NCBI GenBank assembly: GCA_963819115.1 | Contig: CAWFUR010000012.1 | Coordinates: 163,706 to 227,705 of the forward strand | Direction of reading: 5' to 3' | DNA from: an uncultured Thermoleophilaceae bacterium | Lineage (GTDB): Bacteria > Actinomycetota > Thermoleophilia > Solirubrobacterales > Thermoleophilaceae | Length of the DNA: 64,000 nucleotides | Shown: one piece after another, positions 1-8,571 of the stretch | How the letters are laid out: each line of letters starts with the position of its first letter | Position numbering within the stretch: position 1 is the stretch's first letter | Program-made: the position numbers and the translations under genes | Notes under the pieces: generated by a model | The model's database searches: none | What the model was told of the DNA's origin: nothing | The model's input: only the letters and a program-made list of their open reading frames with translations

Positions 1-1
1 C

Positions 2-397
2 GCCGCCGCGCATGGCGGGCTCGAGCTGATGCCCTCGCTGCCTGGAGGGGAGCCGGTTCGGTGGCTTTCCACCGGCAGGCGCCTGAGCCGGATGCGCGAC
101 GCACTCGGCCTGCCCCGCCGCTTTCGCTATCTCCTGCCGCCCAGCGACATCACCCTCGGTGAGTACCTGCTCGCTCGAAAGGGAGGCGGGCAGGCCACGG
201 CCCCCCGGCTGACCATCTCCTCGGTCACGGCCCTGCGCTCCAGGTCGGTCAGCCGGGGCGACGTGATCGCTCTGAGGCTCGCCGGCCCGCCCGCGGGCGT
301 CGCGCGGGAGGTCGACTCGATGATCGTGCGGCTCCGGACCCTGGGCCTCGAGCCGAGCTCCGTGGCCGCGCTCACCCGTTCCGCGAGCAACGGGTGA
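2..397 (+). CDS. hypothetical protein (5'-partial, enters from upstream of window)
   Basis: Frame is open from the window edge to TGA 395-397. The stop overlaps the GTG start of the next gene (GTGA). No motif recognised. Confidence 0.3.
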   Translation, partial: AAAHGGLELMPSLPGGEPVRWLSTGRRLSRMRDALGLPRRFRYLLPPSDITLGEYLLARKGGGQATAPRLTISSVTALRSRSVSRGDVIALRLAGPPAGVAREVDSMIVRLRTLGLEPSSVAALTRSASNG

Positions 398-1413
398 CCA
401 TGCGTCCTGGGGGGAACCGCGGCCGCGCCGTTGTCACGTCGCTCGCGCTGGTGGCCGCGGCGCCGATGTCGGCATGCGCCGCCGGGTCGAATCACAGCTC
501 TTCCGGCACGGCCGCGAGCGCGGCGGCTCCCTCCGCCCCTCGTAGCCACGGGGCGACCCTGAGGCCGCGGCTGCTCGGTCGGCTTCCGGCTCCCGTCCAA
601 TTGCCTGCCGCCGTGTCGCTTCCCGGCGGCGACGTGCTCCTCATGGGCGGGTTGAGCTCGGCGGACGCTTCGCTGCCCACCATCGTCCGGGTCCGGGGTG
701 GCCGTGGCGTCCTGGCCGGGACCCTTCCGGCCGCGCAGCACGACGCCGCGGCGGCCTACCTCAATGGGCGAACGTATTTCTTCGGAGGAGGTGGCGTCTC
801 GGGCTCGAGCGGGAGCATCGTGGAGGTGGACGCCCACGGCGGTACGCGTACCGCAGGGTCGGCGTTGCCCGTCCCCGCCTCGGATGTCTCGGCGGCGGTG
901 GTGGACGGCACGGCCTACATCGTCGGCGGGTACACGGGCAGCGCGCCGCTCGACACGGTCGTCGCCTTTCGCCCGGGCCGCCCCCCGCGGGTGGTGGCCC
1001 GGCTCCCGCGCCCGCTGCGCTACGCATCCGTGGGTGCTGTCGCCGGCCGATTGATCGTCGCGGGCGGGACCTCCGGCGTCGCGGCTACGCGCGACATCCT
1101 CTCGTTCGACCCCGGGAGCGACCGGGTCACGCGGATTGGCCGGCTTCCGAGCCCGCTCACCCACGCCACCTCGGCGTCTCTGGGAGGGACCCTCTACGTG
1201 ATCGGCGGTCGGGGCGATTCCCTCACGGGGCAGACCAGGGCGATTCTCGCGGTGGATCCCCGGACCGGCTCCGTCCACCGCGCAGGGCGGCTTCCCGAGC
1301 CGCTGTCCGACGCCGCCGCGGTGGCCGGCTCGGGCCAGATCCTGGTCCTGGGAGGGCGGGACGCGGCCGGACGCGCGCGAGACGAGATCCTGAGGCTCCG
1401 CCCCGGGCCGTGA
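394..1413 (+). CDS. Kelch-repeat secreted protein/lipoprotein
   Basis: Signal/lipobox-like N-terminus (AAPMSAC). Five to six blade repeats with GG doublets (LLMGG, YFFGGGG, YIVGGY, IVAGG, YVIGGR, LVLGGR). Confidence 0.75.
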   Translation: MTMRPGGNRGRAVVTSLALVAAAPMSACAAGSNHSSSGTAASAAAPSAPRSHGATLRPRLLGRLPAPVQLPAAVSLPGGDVLLMGGLSSADASLPTIVRVRGGRGVLAGTLPAAQHDAAAAYLNGRTYFFGGGGVSGSSGSIVEVDAHGGTRTAGSALPVPASDVSAAVVDGTAYIVGGYTGSAPLDTVVAFRPGRPPRVVARLPRPLRYASVGAVAGRLIVAGGTSGVAATRDILSFDPGSDRVTRIGRLPSPLTHATSASLGGTLYVIGGRGDSLTGQTRAILAVDPRTGSVHRAGRLPEPLSDAAAVAGSGQILVLGGRDAAGRARDEILRLRPGP

Positions 1414-2540
1414 GACGTGCCACGGCAGCGATCGTTCTGTGCGCAGCCGCTCTCGCGGGTTGTGGCGGCGGGACCTCCAGGCCCGCCCCCCCACGCACGA
1501 ATGAGCAGACGTCCTCGTCCCCGGCGAGCGGCGTCCGCACGGACTCGACCGACGTCTACGCGGCCGACCGAGCGGGACATCTCAGCCCGACCGTCCGGCA
1601 CGACCCGGCGCGCATCTACGTGCCCAACTCGGAGAGCAACACGGTGGACGTGATCGATCCCGCGACGTTCCGGATCGTCGGGCATTTTGCGACCGGGGCT
1701 CTCCCGCAGCACGTGACGCCGTCCTGGGATCTGAAGACGCTGTGGGTGGACAACGACGAGGGCAACAGCCTCACCCCGATCGACCCTCGCACGGGAAGGC
1801 CGGGGAGGCCGGTGCCGGTCACCGATCCCTACAACCTCTACTTCACGCCCGACGGCCGGTACGCGATCGTCGTGGCCGAGCGCCTGCGGCGGCTCGACTT
1901 CCGCGACGCCCACACGATGCGACTCAGGCACTCCCTGCCGGTCCCGTGTCCGGGAGTGGATCACCTCGACTTCACCGCGAGCGGGCGGTTCCTTCTCGCT
2001 TCGTGCGAATTCGGCGGCGGCATGGTCGTGGTCGACGTGAGGCGGCAACGGCTCGTCCGCTCGATCGGGCTCCGTGACGGAGGGATGCCCCAGGACGTGA
2101 AGCTCTCCCCGGACGGACGAGTCTTCTACGTGGCCGACATGGCGACGAACGGGGTTTGGCTGGTGGACGCCGACCGCTTCCGCCGGATCGGGTTCGTGCC
2201 CACCGGGCGCGGCGCGCACGGCCTCTACGCGAGCAGGGACTCGACCCGGCTCTACGTCTCGAACCGTGGCGAGGGATCGGTCTCGGTCATCTCGTTCCGA
2301 ACGCGGCGGCAGGTGCAGAAGTGGCGTCTCCCCGGTGGCGGTAGCCCGGACATGGGAGGGGTGTCCGCGGATGGCCGGGTGCTCTGGCTCTCAGGGCGCT
2401 ACAACGGTGAGGTCTACGCCATCAGCACCCGCACGGGACGGCTGATCAAGCGCATGAAGGTGGGCGCGGGACCTCACGGGCTGTGCGTGTTCCCGCAGCC
2501 CGGTCGCTACTCGCTCGGCCACACCGGCGTGTTCCGCTGA
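1410..2540 (+). CDS. YVTN/YncE-like beta-propeller repeat lipoprotein
   Basis: LAGC lipobox. Repeats YVPNSESNTVDVID, LWVDNDEGNSLTPID, FYVADMATNGVWLVD, LYVSNRGEGSVSVI. Start overlaps the previous stop. Confidence 0.75.
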   Translation: MRRATAAIVLCAAALAGCGGGTSRPAPPRTNEQTSSSPASGVRTDSTDVYAADRAGHLSPTVRHDPARIYVPNSESNTVDVIDPATFRIVGHFATGALPQHVTPSWDLKTLWVDNDEGNSLTPIDPRTGRPGRPVPVTDPYNLYFTPDGRYAIVVAERLRRLDFRDAHTMRLRHSLPVPCPGVDHLDFTASGRFLLASCEFGGGMVVVDVRRQRLVRSIGLRDGGMPQDVKLSPDGRVFYVADMATNGVWLVDADRFRRIGFVPTGRGAHGLYASRDSTRLYVSNRGEGSVSVISFRTRRQVQKWRLPGGGSPDMGGVSADGRVLWLSGRYNGEVYAISTRTGRLIKRMKVGAGPHGLCVFPQPGRYSLGHTGVFR

Positions 2541-3927
2541 GTCGCACCACGCGCTGCCGCTCGGTCGACTCGGAGCCATCGCTCACCACGACGGTGATGC
2601 GCGCGGACACGGTCCGGTCCCCGCGCAACGCCGCGGCCGCAGCCCGTCGTGCCTTCCGCGGGATCCGGACTGCGAGCGTGCGGGTACCGCGGGGAGGCAG
2701 CGGAAGCGAGAGGGCCTTCAGGGGGTAGTTGCCGAGCAGCCGGCCCGTCACGCTCGCGACGCACCGGCCCACGCATCGCACGCCCACCTCCACCGCGGCG
2801 TCGAGCGTCTGCGCCCTGGGTCCGCTGAGCGAAACGCGCGGCGCGAGCGAGGACAGATGCGACCTCAGCGCCGTGCCGTTCGGCGCGCGCGGCTTTCCCC
2901 TGGCGTTGGCGAGCACGGCGAGCGCCGTGCACTTCGTGTGGGGCAGGACCCACCACGCCCACATGAGGTAGCCCACGCCGTGCCGGTCGGCCCATCTCAT
3001 GAAGCTCCTCACATAAGAGGCGGTGCAGTCGAGCTCACCGAACTCGCCCGTCACCACGGGGACCTCTTCCGCGAGCGGCGCCACCGTGGCGTCCCAGCAT
3101 GCCTCGGTGCGGCAGGGCTGGAAGTTGTAGTTGTGGAAGCTCGCGATCAGCCCACGGCCGGCCGGCCGGTTAGCCCCCCAGCCGGAGAGGTCGTTGGAGA
3201 AGTGCCGCCCGGGGACCATGATCGGCTGCCTGGCGCCTGCCGAGCGGACGGCATCGACCATCGCCTGCATGCCGGACGCGGCGAACGTCTTGCCGTCGAG
3301 GCGCTGGAGCAGGTGCGCCGTTGGCGCGAGGCAGCCCCCGTTTCGCCAGCAGTCCCAGGTCAGGTCGAAGACGAGCTTGTTCGCGTCGTAGCGTTCGTAC
3401 GGCTCGTTGAAGACGTCGAAGATCATCGACCGGTCCTTCCTGAACGTCTTCGCGACCGAGCGCCAGAAGTCGTCCGAACGGTCGTCGGGCAGCGCGCGCA
3501 GGCCGTCGGCCACCACGCCGGCGGGTCCCGACCAGTGGAGGTCCAGGACCACGGCCAGGCCCGCGCGGTGGAGCGTGGTGACCCACCTGCGCACGGCCGC
3601 GCGGTACCCGGAGACCCTTCCAAACGCCGGCAGCCCGTCCTCGCCGAGCCAGCAATCCTGGTTCAACGGCACCCGAACGGTGTTCACGTGCCATCGCGCC
3701 ATCAAGGCGGCGTCGCCCGCGTCCGGTCCAACGCCCGTCGCGCTGGCCACGTTCGAGTACCCGTAGCCGTCGCGGCAGGCGTACTCGAAGCTCGGCCAGT
3801 TCACGCCGCGCGGCACGAACGTCAGGCCGGTGCGGGCGTCGAGGAGGTGGTTGCCCGCCACCCGCAGCCGTGGCGCCGCGGCGTGGCACACGCCCGCGGT
3901 GCACATGCATGCCGAGGCGACGAGCAC
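2446..3927 (-). CDS. glycoside hydrolase family 5 (cellulase/mannanase-like), secreted
   Basis: Blocks NTVRVPL, FDVFNEPY (acid/base Glu) and VVTGEFGE (nucleophile Glu). The start is uncertain: GTG at 3927 leaves a short signal peptide. The 3' end overlaps the convergent gene by 95 nt. Confidence 0.75.
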   Translation of the reverse strand: MLVASACMCTAGVCHAAAPRLRVAGNHLLDARTGLTFVPRGVNWPSFEYACRDGYGYSNVASATGVGPDAGDAALMARWHVNTVRVPLNQDCWLGEDGLPAFGRVSGYRAAVRRWVTTLHRAGLAVVLDLHWSGPAGVVADGLRALPDDRSDDFWRSVAKTFRKDRSMIFDVFNEPYERYDANKLVFDLTWDCWRNGGCLAPTAHLLQRLDGKTFAASGMQAMVDAVRSAGARQPIMVPGRHFSNDLSGWGANRPAGRGLIASFHNYNFQPCRTEACWDATVAPLAEEVPVVTGEFGELDCTASYVRSFMRWADRHGVGYLMWAWWVLPHTKCTALAVLANARGKPRAPNGTALRSHLSSLAPRVSLSGPRAQTLDAAVEVGVRCVGRCVASVTGRLLGNYPLKALSLPLPPRGTRTLAVRIPRKARRAAAAALRGDRTVSARITVVVSDGSESTERQRVVRLSGTRRCGRASSDRAAGTRTAREVPRPPSCA

Positions 3928-4039
3928 GAGCGCCGCGATCCGGCGCCAGGTATTGCCCGCGCGAATCAGACGGCCAAGGCTGTCACACGAAGGAGACCAC
4001 CCGGAAGCGCGACACTATGCGGCGCGAGGTGCCGACTCC

Positions 4040-6160
4040 GTGAGCACATCCCCGGACCGCCGCCGCCGCCAGGGCGGTATCGCGCTGGTGGTGATCACCG
4101 CGCTCCTGATCGCCGGCGCCGCGGTGACATGGTACGTGCACGAGGAGGTGGTGAACGGATCGAGGTTCAGCACCCGCGCGGCGTCCGCGCTCGACGACTC
4201 CGACGTCCGGACCGTGCTGGCGGTTCGCATGGTCGGCGGCCTCACCAGGAGCGTCGTTCCCGATGCACTGGTGGTGCGCCCGCTTCTGGTTCCGGCGCTG
4301 GCCACGCTCGCCGACACCTCGCCGTTCCGGCGGCTGTTCGCGCGAGCGGTACGCGATCGCCACCGGGCTCTGATCAATCACGAGACGACGTTCAGGTTCG
4401 AGCTTCCCCTGGGCGAGGGCGTCTTGTTCGAGTCGCTCGGGCGCGTTGCGCCCCGGATCGCGCGTCTGGTTCCGGCGGACCTGAGGGTGCCGATCGTGCG
4501 GCTCGACCCGCACGACTCCGAGCTGGCCGCCACCGGCTTCCTCGTGGACATCGCGGGCTGGCGCTGGCCGCTGACGCTCGCCGCGCTCCTCGCGGCGGCC
4601 GGTGCCGCCCTGTTGGCCGGAGGCATCCGGCCCGCGCTGGTCTACCTGGGAGCCGCCGCAACGGGCGGTGGCCTGATCGTCGCGGCCGCCGTCGCGGGGC
4701 TGGGTGAATTCGTGGTCTCGCACGCCGCGCACGCCGCCGATCTCAGCGACGACGTGGAGCGCGGAGCCATTCGGGCGCTGTGGACGGCGCTCTTCTCCGA
4801 CCTGATCACCTCGGCGCTGGTCGTGGCGCTCGGCGGAGCTGTGGTGGCCGCCCTGGCCTCGACCCAGCTCCCCAGAGGCCGGCTGGCCGCGGGGTGGGAG
4901 TGGACGCGCCGCGAGGCCGGCTCGCCCACCCGGCCGGCGCGGCTCGTGAGGGCCGCGGGCCTGATCGCCGCCGGGTCCGTGCTCATCTTCGATCCGGAGC
5001 TGCTGGCAAAGATCGTGCTCGTCGCCGCGGGCGTGCTCGTTGTGCTCGCGGGCGTGTGGCAGCTCCCGGGCCCGGGCCCACGCATGGAGGCCGCGCGGGC
5101 ACCGGCTCGCACCGCCTCGCCTCTGCTCCTGGCCGCCGCGATAACCGCGGCGATGGCGGTCACGACGCTCGTCGTGGTGCTCGTGCTGCCCACTCCGGGG
5201 GCCGCGACGGCGGAGAGCGCGGGGCCGGCCGAGGGGTGCAACGGCTCGCGGGCGCTCTGCGGCCGGCGCCTGGACCAGGTGGTGTTCCCGGGCACGCACA
5301 ACTCCTACGCGGCCGCCGACGAGCCGGGCTGGCTGTTTGCCAACCAGCGCCATGGGATCGGGCGCCAGCTGAAGGACGGCATCCGGGCGCTGACGCTCGA
5401 CATCCACTTCGGGGTGAGCGACCCGTCGACCGGCCGGGTTCGCACCGACCTCGGAACGGAGGAGTCTTCCCGCAACAAGGTCGCGCAGCAGCTGAGCCCC
5501 GGCGCCCTCCGTGTGGCGGACAGCCTCGCGGGCCGTGTCGGCAGTGGCCGGCTGACCGGCGAGCGCCGCGCCTATCTCTGTCACACGCTGTGTGAGCTCG
5601 GGGCGGAGCCGCTCGACGATCAGCTCAGGATCATCGGCTCGTTCCTGGCCGGCCATCCCGGCGCGGTGGTCATTGCGTTCATCGAGCCCTACGTTCCCGT
5701 GGGCACGATCGGGCGGGCGCTCGAGCGAACCGACCTGCTCACCCACGCCGCGCGCCTCCGGCTGGGGCAGCCGCTGCCCACGCTCGGTCAGCTCAGGCGA
5801 GCGGACACCCGCCTGGTGGTGCTGGCCGAGGAGGACGGCGGCACGCGCCCGTGGTACCTCCCCGGGTTCTCCTTCGTTCAGGACACGCCGCTGGGGGCGA
5901 AGACACCGGCCCAGCTCAGCTGCGCGCGCTACCGCGGGCGCCCCGACAGCCCCCTGCTCCTGGTCAACCACTGGATCCCGCCGTTCCCGCCGTCGGTGAC
6001 CCGCAACGAGCAGATCGGCGGGAGGTTCCTGGAGCGCCGGCTGAGGCAATGTCAACGCCGCCGGCGGCACCTGCCGAACCTGATCGCCGTGGACTTCTAT
6101 GAACGCAGCGGGGTGGTGGAGGCGGCCGGGCGGCTCAACGCCGCCCGCCGCGTGCGGTGA
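4040..6160 (+). CDS. multi-pass membrane protein with C-terminal PI-PLC X-domain-like phosphodiesterase
   Basis: I chose the GTG at 4040 to avoid overlap with the GH5 gene. Several hydrophobic helices are followed by VVFPGTHNSYAA...GIRALTLDIHF, a PLC-like catalytic block. Confidence 0.6.
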   Translation: MSTSPDRRRRQGGIALVVITALLIAGAAVTWYVHEEVVNGSRFSTRAASALDDSDVRTVLAVRMVGGLTRSVVPDALVVRPLLVPALATLADTSPFRRLFARAVRDRHRALINHETTFRFELPLGEGVLFESLGRVAPRIARLVPADLRVPIVRLDPHDSELAATGFLVDIAGWRWPLTLAALLAAAGAALLAGGIRPALVYLGAAATGGGLIVAAAVAGLGEFVVSHAAHAADLSDDVERGAIRALWTALFSDLITSALVVALGGAVVAALASTQLPRGRLAAGWEWTRREAGSPTRPARLVRAAGLIAAGSVLIFDPELLAKIVLVAAGVLVVLAGVWQLPGPGPRMEAARAPARTASPLLLAAAITAAMAVTTLVVVLVLPTPGAATAESAGPAEGCNGSRALCGRRLDQVVFPGTHNSYAAADEPGWLFANQRHGIGRQLKDGIRALTLDIHFGVSDPSTGRVRTDLGTEESSRNKVAQQLSPGALRVADSLAGRVGSGRLTGERRAYLCHTLCELGAEPLDDQLRIIGSFLAGHPGAVVIAFIEPYVPVGTIGRALERTDLLTHAARLRLGQPLPTLGQLRRADTRLVVLAEEDGGTRPWYLPGFSFVQDTPLGAKTPAQLSCARYRGRPDSPLLLVNHWIPPFPPSVTRNEQIGGRFLERRLRQCQRRRRHLPNLIAVDFYERSGVVEAAGRLNAARRVR

Positions 6161-6515
6161 ACCCCTTCGTCGAGACGCACTCGAACTGGAGAAGGCCCAC
6201 GTCCTCGGGCTGTCGTGGGGCGGGGTGGTGGCCCAGGGGCTCTAGTCGGACCTCCACCCGGGGGGGTACCGGGCCATGGCCCGGATGCTCGCCCACACGG
6301 ACACTCGCCCCCTCCTGCCGCGAATCAAGGTGCCCACCCTCCTCCTATGGGGCGACGACGACAGGCGATCTCCCCTGAGCGTGGGCGAGCACCTGCGCGA
6401 CGGCATCCCGGGAGCCACGCTCGTGGTGATCCCGGAGGCGGGGCACCTGAGCAACCTCGAGCAGCCCGCTCGCTTCAACGCCGCGGTGCGCGATTTCGCC
6501 GGGCGTCCTGGCTAG
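6159..6515 (+). pseudogene. alpha/beta-hydrolase relic (N-terminus and cap deleted, frames disrupted)
   Basis: One frame reads LELEKAHVLGLSWGGVVAQGL then TAG (GxSxG nucleophile elbow). Another frame (6276-6515) reads IKVPTLLLWGDDDRRSP...VIPEAGHLSNLEQP (catalytic His block). Only about 10 codons separate them. Confidence 0.7.
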
Positions 6516-6618
6516 CCGAACTTCTCGGCGAGGTCACCGCGTGTGCGTCGCCCTCCTCCTTGCTGAAGCGGTCCGCGTTAGGCTGGTTCTCGTCAGGGGG
6601 TCGAGGGAGGGGAACGCG

Positions 6619-8061
6619 ATGCCGTCGCGGTTGTCGGTCAGGTGTACAGCTCTGGTTGCCGTTGTCGGCCTATGTCTCACCGGCTGCACGATCGGGCGCA
6701 CCGACACGGCGGATCAGATCACCGCCCACCAGGCGCTGCTGCACGGGACCGTGGTGTCCAACCACGACGAGACGGGCTCGTTCTGGTTCGACCTTGCTCG
6801 CGTGGGGCAGTCGTATGGCCCACCGGCACTCCACGACGTGGCATACACGAACGGGGACCAGATCCCCGTATCCATCCGCAAGAACGGCCTCGTGCCGGGC
6901 AGCGACTACAAGTACCGCGTCTGCTCGAAGGACTCGGACTCCACCTCGGCACACCCGGCGCCTCCGGGCTGCGGTGCCACCAAGTTCTTCTCAACCCCCG
7001 CCGCTCCCACCGCGGCGGTCTCGCTCGGCGACTCCTACATCTCCGGCGAGGCCGGGCGCTGGCAGGGCAATTCGATCAACCCCGCGGGAGACCGCGACGG
7101 CACCGACCGCGCCTTCACGGGCACCCTCTATGACGAGAGCCTGGTCTACGACCCGCCGTCGGACACGAACGGCTGTCACCGGTCCGACGTGGCCGAGATA
7201 CGCAGCGCCTCGCTGTCGGTCTCCGAGAGGATCAACCTCGCCTGCTCCGGGGCAGTGACCAAGAACATCTTCCGGGCGTCGAACGGAGGCGAGGCCCAGC
7301 ACGACGACGAGCCGCCCCAGGCCGACCAGCTCGCGACGGTGGCGCGGGACAAGGACGTGAAGCTGATCGCGCTCTCGATCGGCGGCAATGACCTCGGGTT
7401 CGCCTCGATCGTCACCGCCTGCGTGGAGGCCTACGCCAGCAACACCACTCCCTGCAAGGACACGCAGGGGGCGGGGCTCGCGGCGAAGTTCCCGGCGGCA
7501 AAGGCCGCGGTGGGCAAGGCCATCGACGAGATCCGCACGGTGATGACCAATGCCGGCTACCTCCCGTCGTCGTGGCGGCTCGTGCTCCAGTCCTACCCCT
7601 CGGCGATCGCGCGCGGGTCAGAGCTGCGTGTGCCCGAGATCAACAAGGTCTCGCGCACGAGTGTTGATGGATGCCCGGTGTACGACAGTGATGCGGATTG
7701 GGCGCGCGACACCGTGGTGGGCCAGATCTCGGACGGCCTGGCCTCGGTCGCCGCGGACCGGGGCGTCCAGTTCCTCGACCTCCGCGACCTGTTCCAGGAT
7801 CGCGAGATCTGCTCCACGTCCACCCGGCTGGCCACGCCCACGCAGGGTCCCTCCGCCACCACCTCCGACTGGGCCCGGTTCCTGAACCTCTCCGCGGTGG
7901 AGACCCAGGGCAAGCTGGAGGAGACCTTCCACCCGAATGCTTACGGAGAGCAGGCGTTCGGCAAGTGCCTCTCGCTCGCATTCGCGGCGACGGGGGACGT
8001 GGACTGCGTGAACACCCCGGGCAGCGGTCCGGCAGGCGTGGTCGTTCACCCGCACGGCTGA
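6619..8061 (+). CDS. SGNH/GDSL hydrolase lipoprotein (lipase/esterase)
   Basis: Start MPSRLSV...LTGC (lipobox). Block I SLGDSYISGE and block III LSIGGNDLGF are present. Confidence 0.8.
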   Translation: MPSRLSVRCTALVAVVGLCLTGCTIGRTDTADQITAHQALLHGTVVSNHDETGSFWFDLARVGQSYGPPALHDVAYTNGDQIPVSIRKNGLVPGSDYKYRVCSKDSDSTSAHPAPPGCGATKFFSTPAAPTAAVSLGDSYISGEAGRWQGNSINPAGDRDGTDRAFTGTLYDESLVYDPPSDTNGCHRSDVAEIRSASLSVSERINLACSGAVTKNIFRASNGGEAQHDDEPPQADQLATVARDKDVKLIALSIGGNDLGFASIVTACVEAYASNTTPCKDTQGAGLAAKFPAAKAAVGKAIDEIRTVMTNAGYLPSSWRLVLQSYPSAIARGSELRVPEINKVSRTSVDGCPVYDSDADWARDTVVGQISDGLASVAADRGVQFLDLRDLFQDREICSTSTRLATPTQGPSATTSDWARFLNLSAVETQGKLEETFHPNAYGEQAFGKCLSLAFAATGDVDCVNTPGSGPAGVVVHPHG

Positions 8062-8062
8062 G

Positions 8063-8530
8063 ATGCGCGACGGCGAGCTGTCGCTGCGCCCCCCCGAGCA
8101 GGCGGACAGGGAGGTCCTGACGGCACTGCTCGCCGAGCCCGAGGTGAAGCGCTGGTGGGCCGACGGCGAGTACGAGTACGAGCACGGTTGGGTAATCGAG
8201 GTCGACGGTCGTTTCGCCGGTTGGATCCAGTACGAGGAGGAGACCCACGAGTGGTTCCCGAGCGTGGCCCTCGACATCTCGCTCACCACGTCGCTGCACG
8301 GGGCCGGCTATGGCCGTCGCGCGCTCCGGCTGGCGATCGATCACTTCGCGTCGCGGGGGCACCACCGGTTCACCATCGATCCCAACGTGGAGAACGAGCG
8401 CGCCATCCGTGCGTACGCCGGCGCGGGCTTCGAGCCTGTCGGCGTGATGCGGGCCTATGAGCGCAACCCGCTCGGTGGCTGGAACGACAGCCTGCTGATG
8501 GACCTGATCGTGGCCGACGCGGAGTCCTGA
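8063..8530 (+). CDS. GNAT family N-acetyltransferase
   Basis: GNAT core with the acetyl-CoA loop HGAGYGRRAL, 155 aa. ATG lies 1 nt after the upstream stop. Confidence 0.75.
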   Translation: MRDGELSLRPPEQADREVLTALLAEPEVKRWWADGEYEYEHGWVIEVDGRFAGWIQYEEETHEWFPSVALDISLTTSLHGAGYGRRALRLAIDHFASRGHHRFTIDPNVENERAIRAYAGAGFEPVGVMRAYERNPLGGWNDSLLMDLIVADAES

Positions 8531-8571
8531 TCTCGCGCGGGTGACGCGCGACCCGGATCGATTCGGCTACC

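Noticed and set aside
127-1494. 455-aa minus-strand ORF overlapping the Kelch-repeat gene. Similar long shadow ORFs occur at 3983-6070 (-), 8455-10062 (-), 8541-10928 (+), 10996-12882 (-), 23628-25481 (+), 38373-39830 (-), 56052-57008 (-) and 60343-61914 (-).
   Set aside because: The translations are Arg/Pro/Gly/His-rich low-complexity strings with no motifs. They lie antisense or out of frame to genes with strong family signatures. This is the typical artefact of stop-codon-poor GC-rich DNA.
3830-4039. N-terminal extension of the membrane PLC-like protein from the first ATG at 3830.
   Set aside because: The extension overlaps the divergent GH5 gene by ~100 nt, and its sequence (RRWLPATRSRGAAAWHTPAV...) is shadow-like. 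GTG at 4040 precedes the first TM helix.
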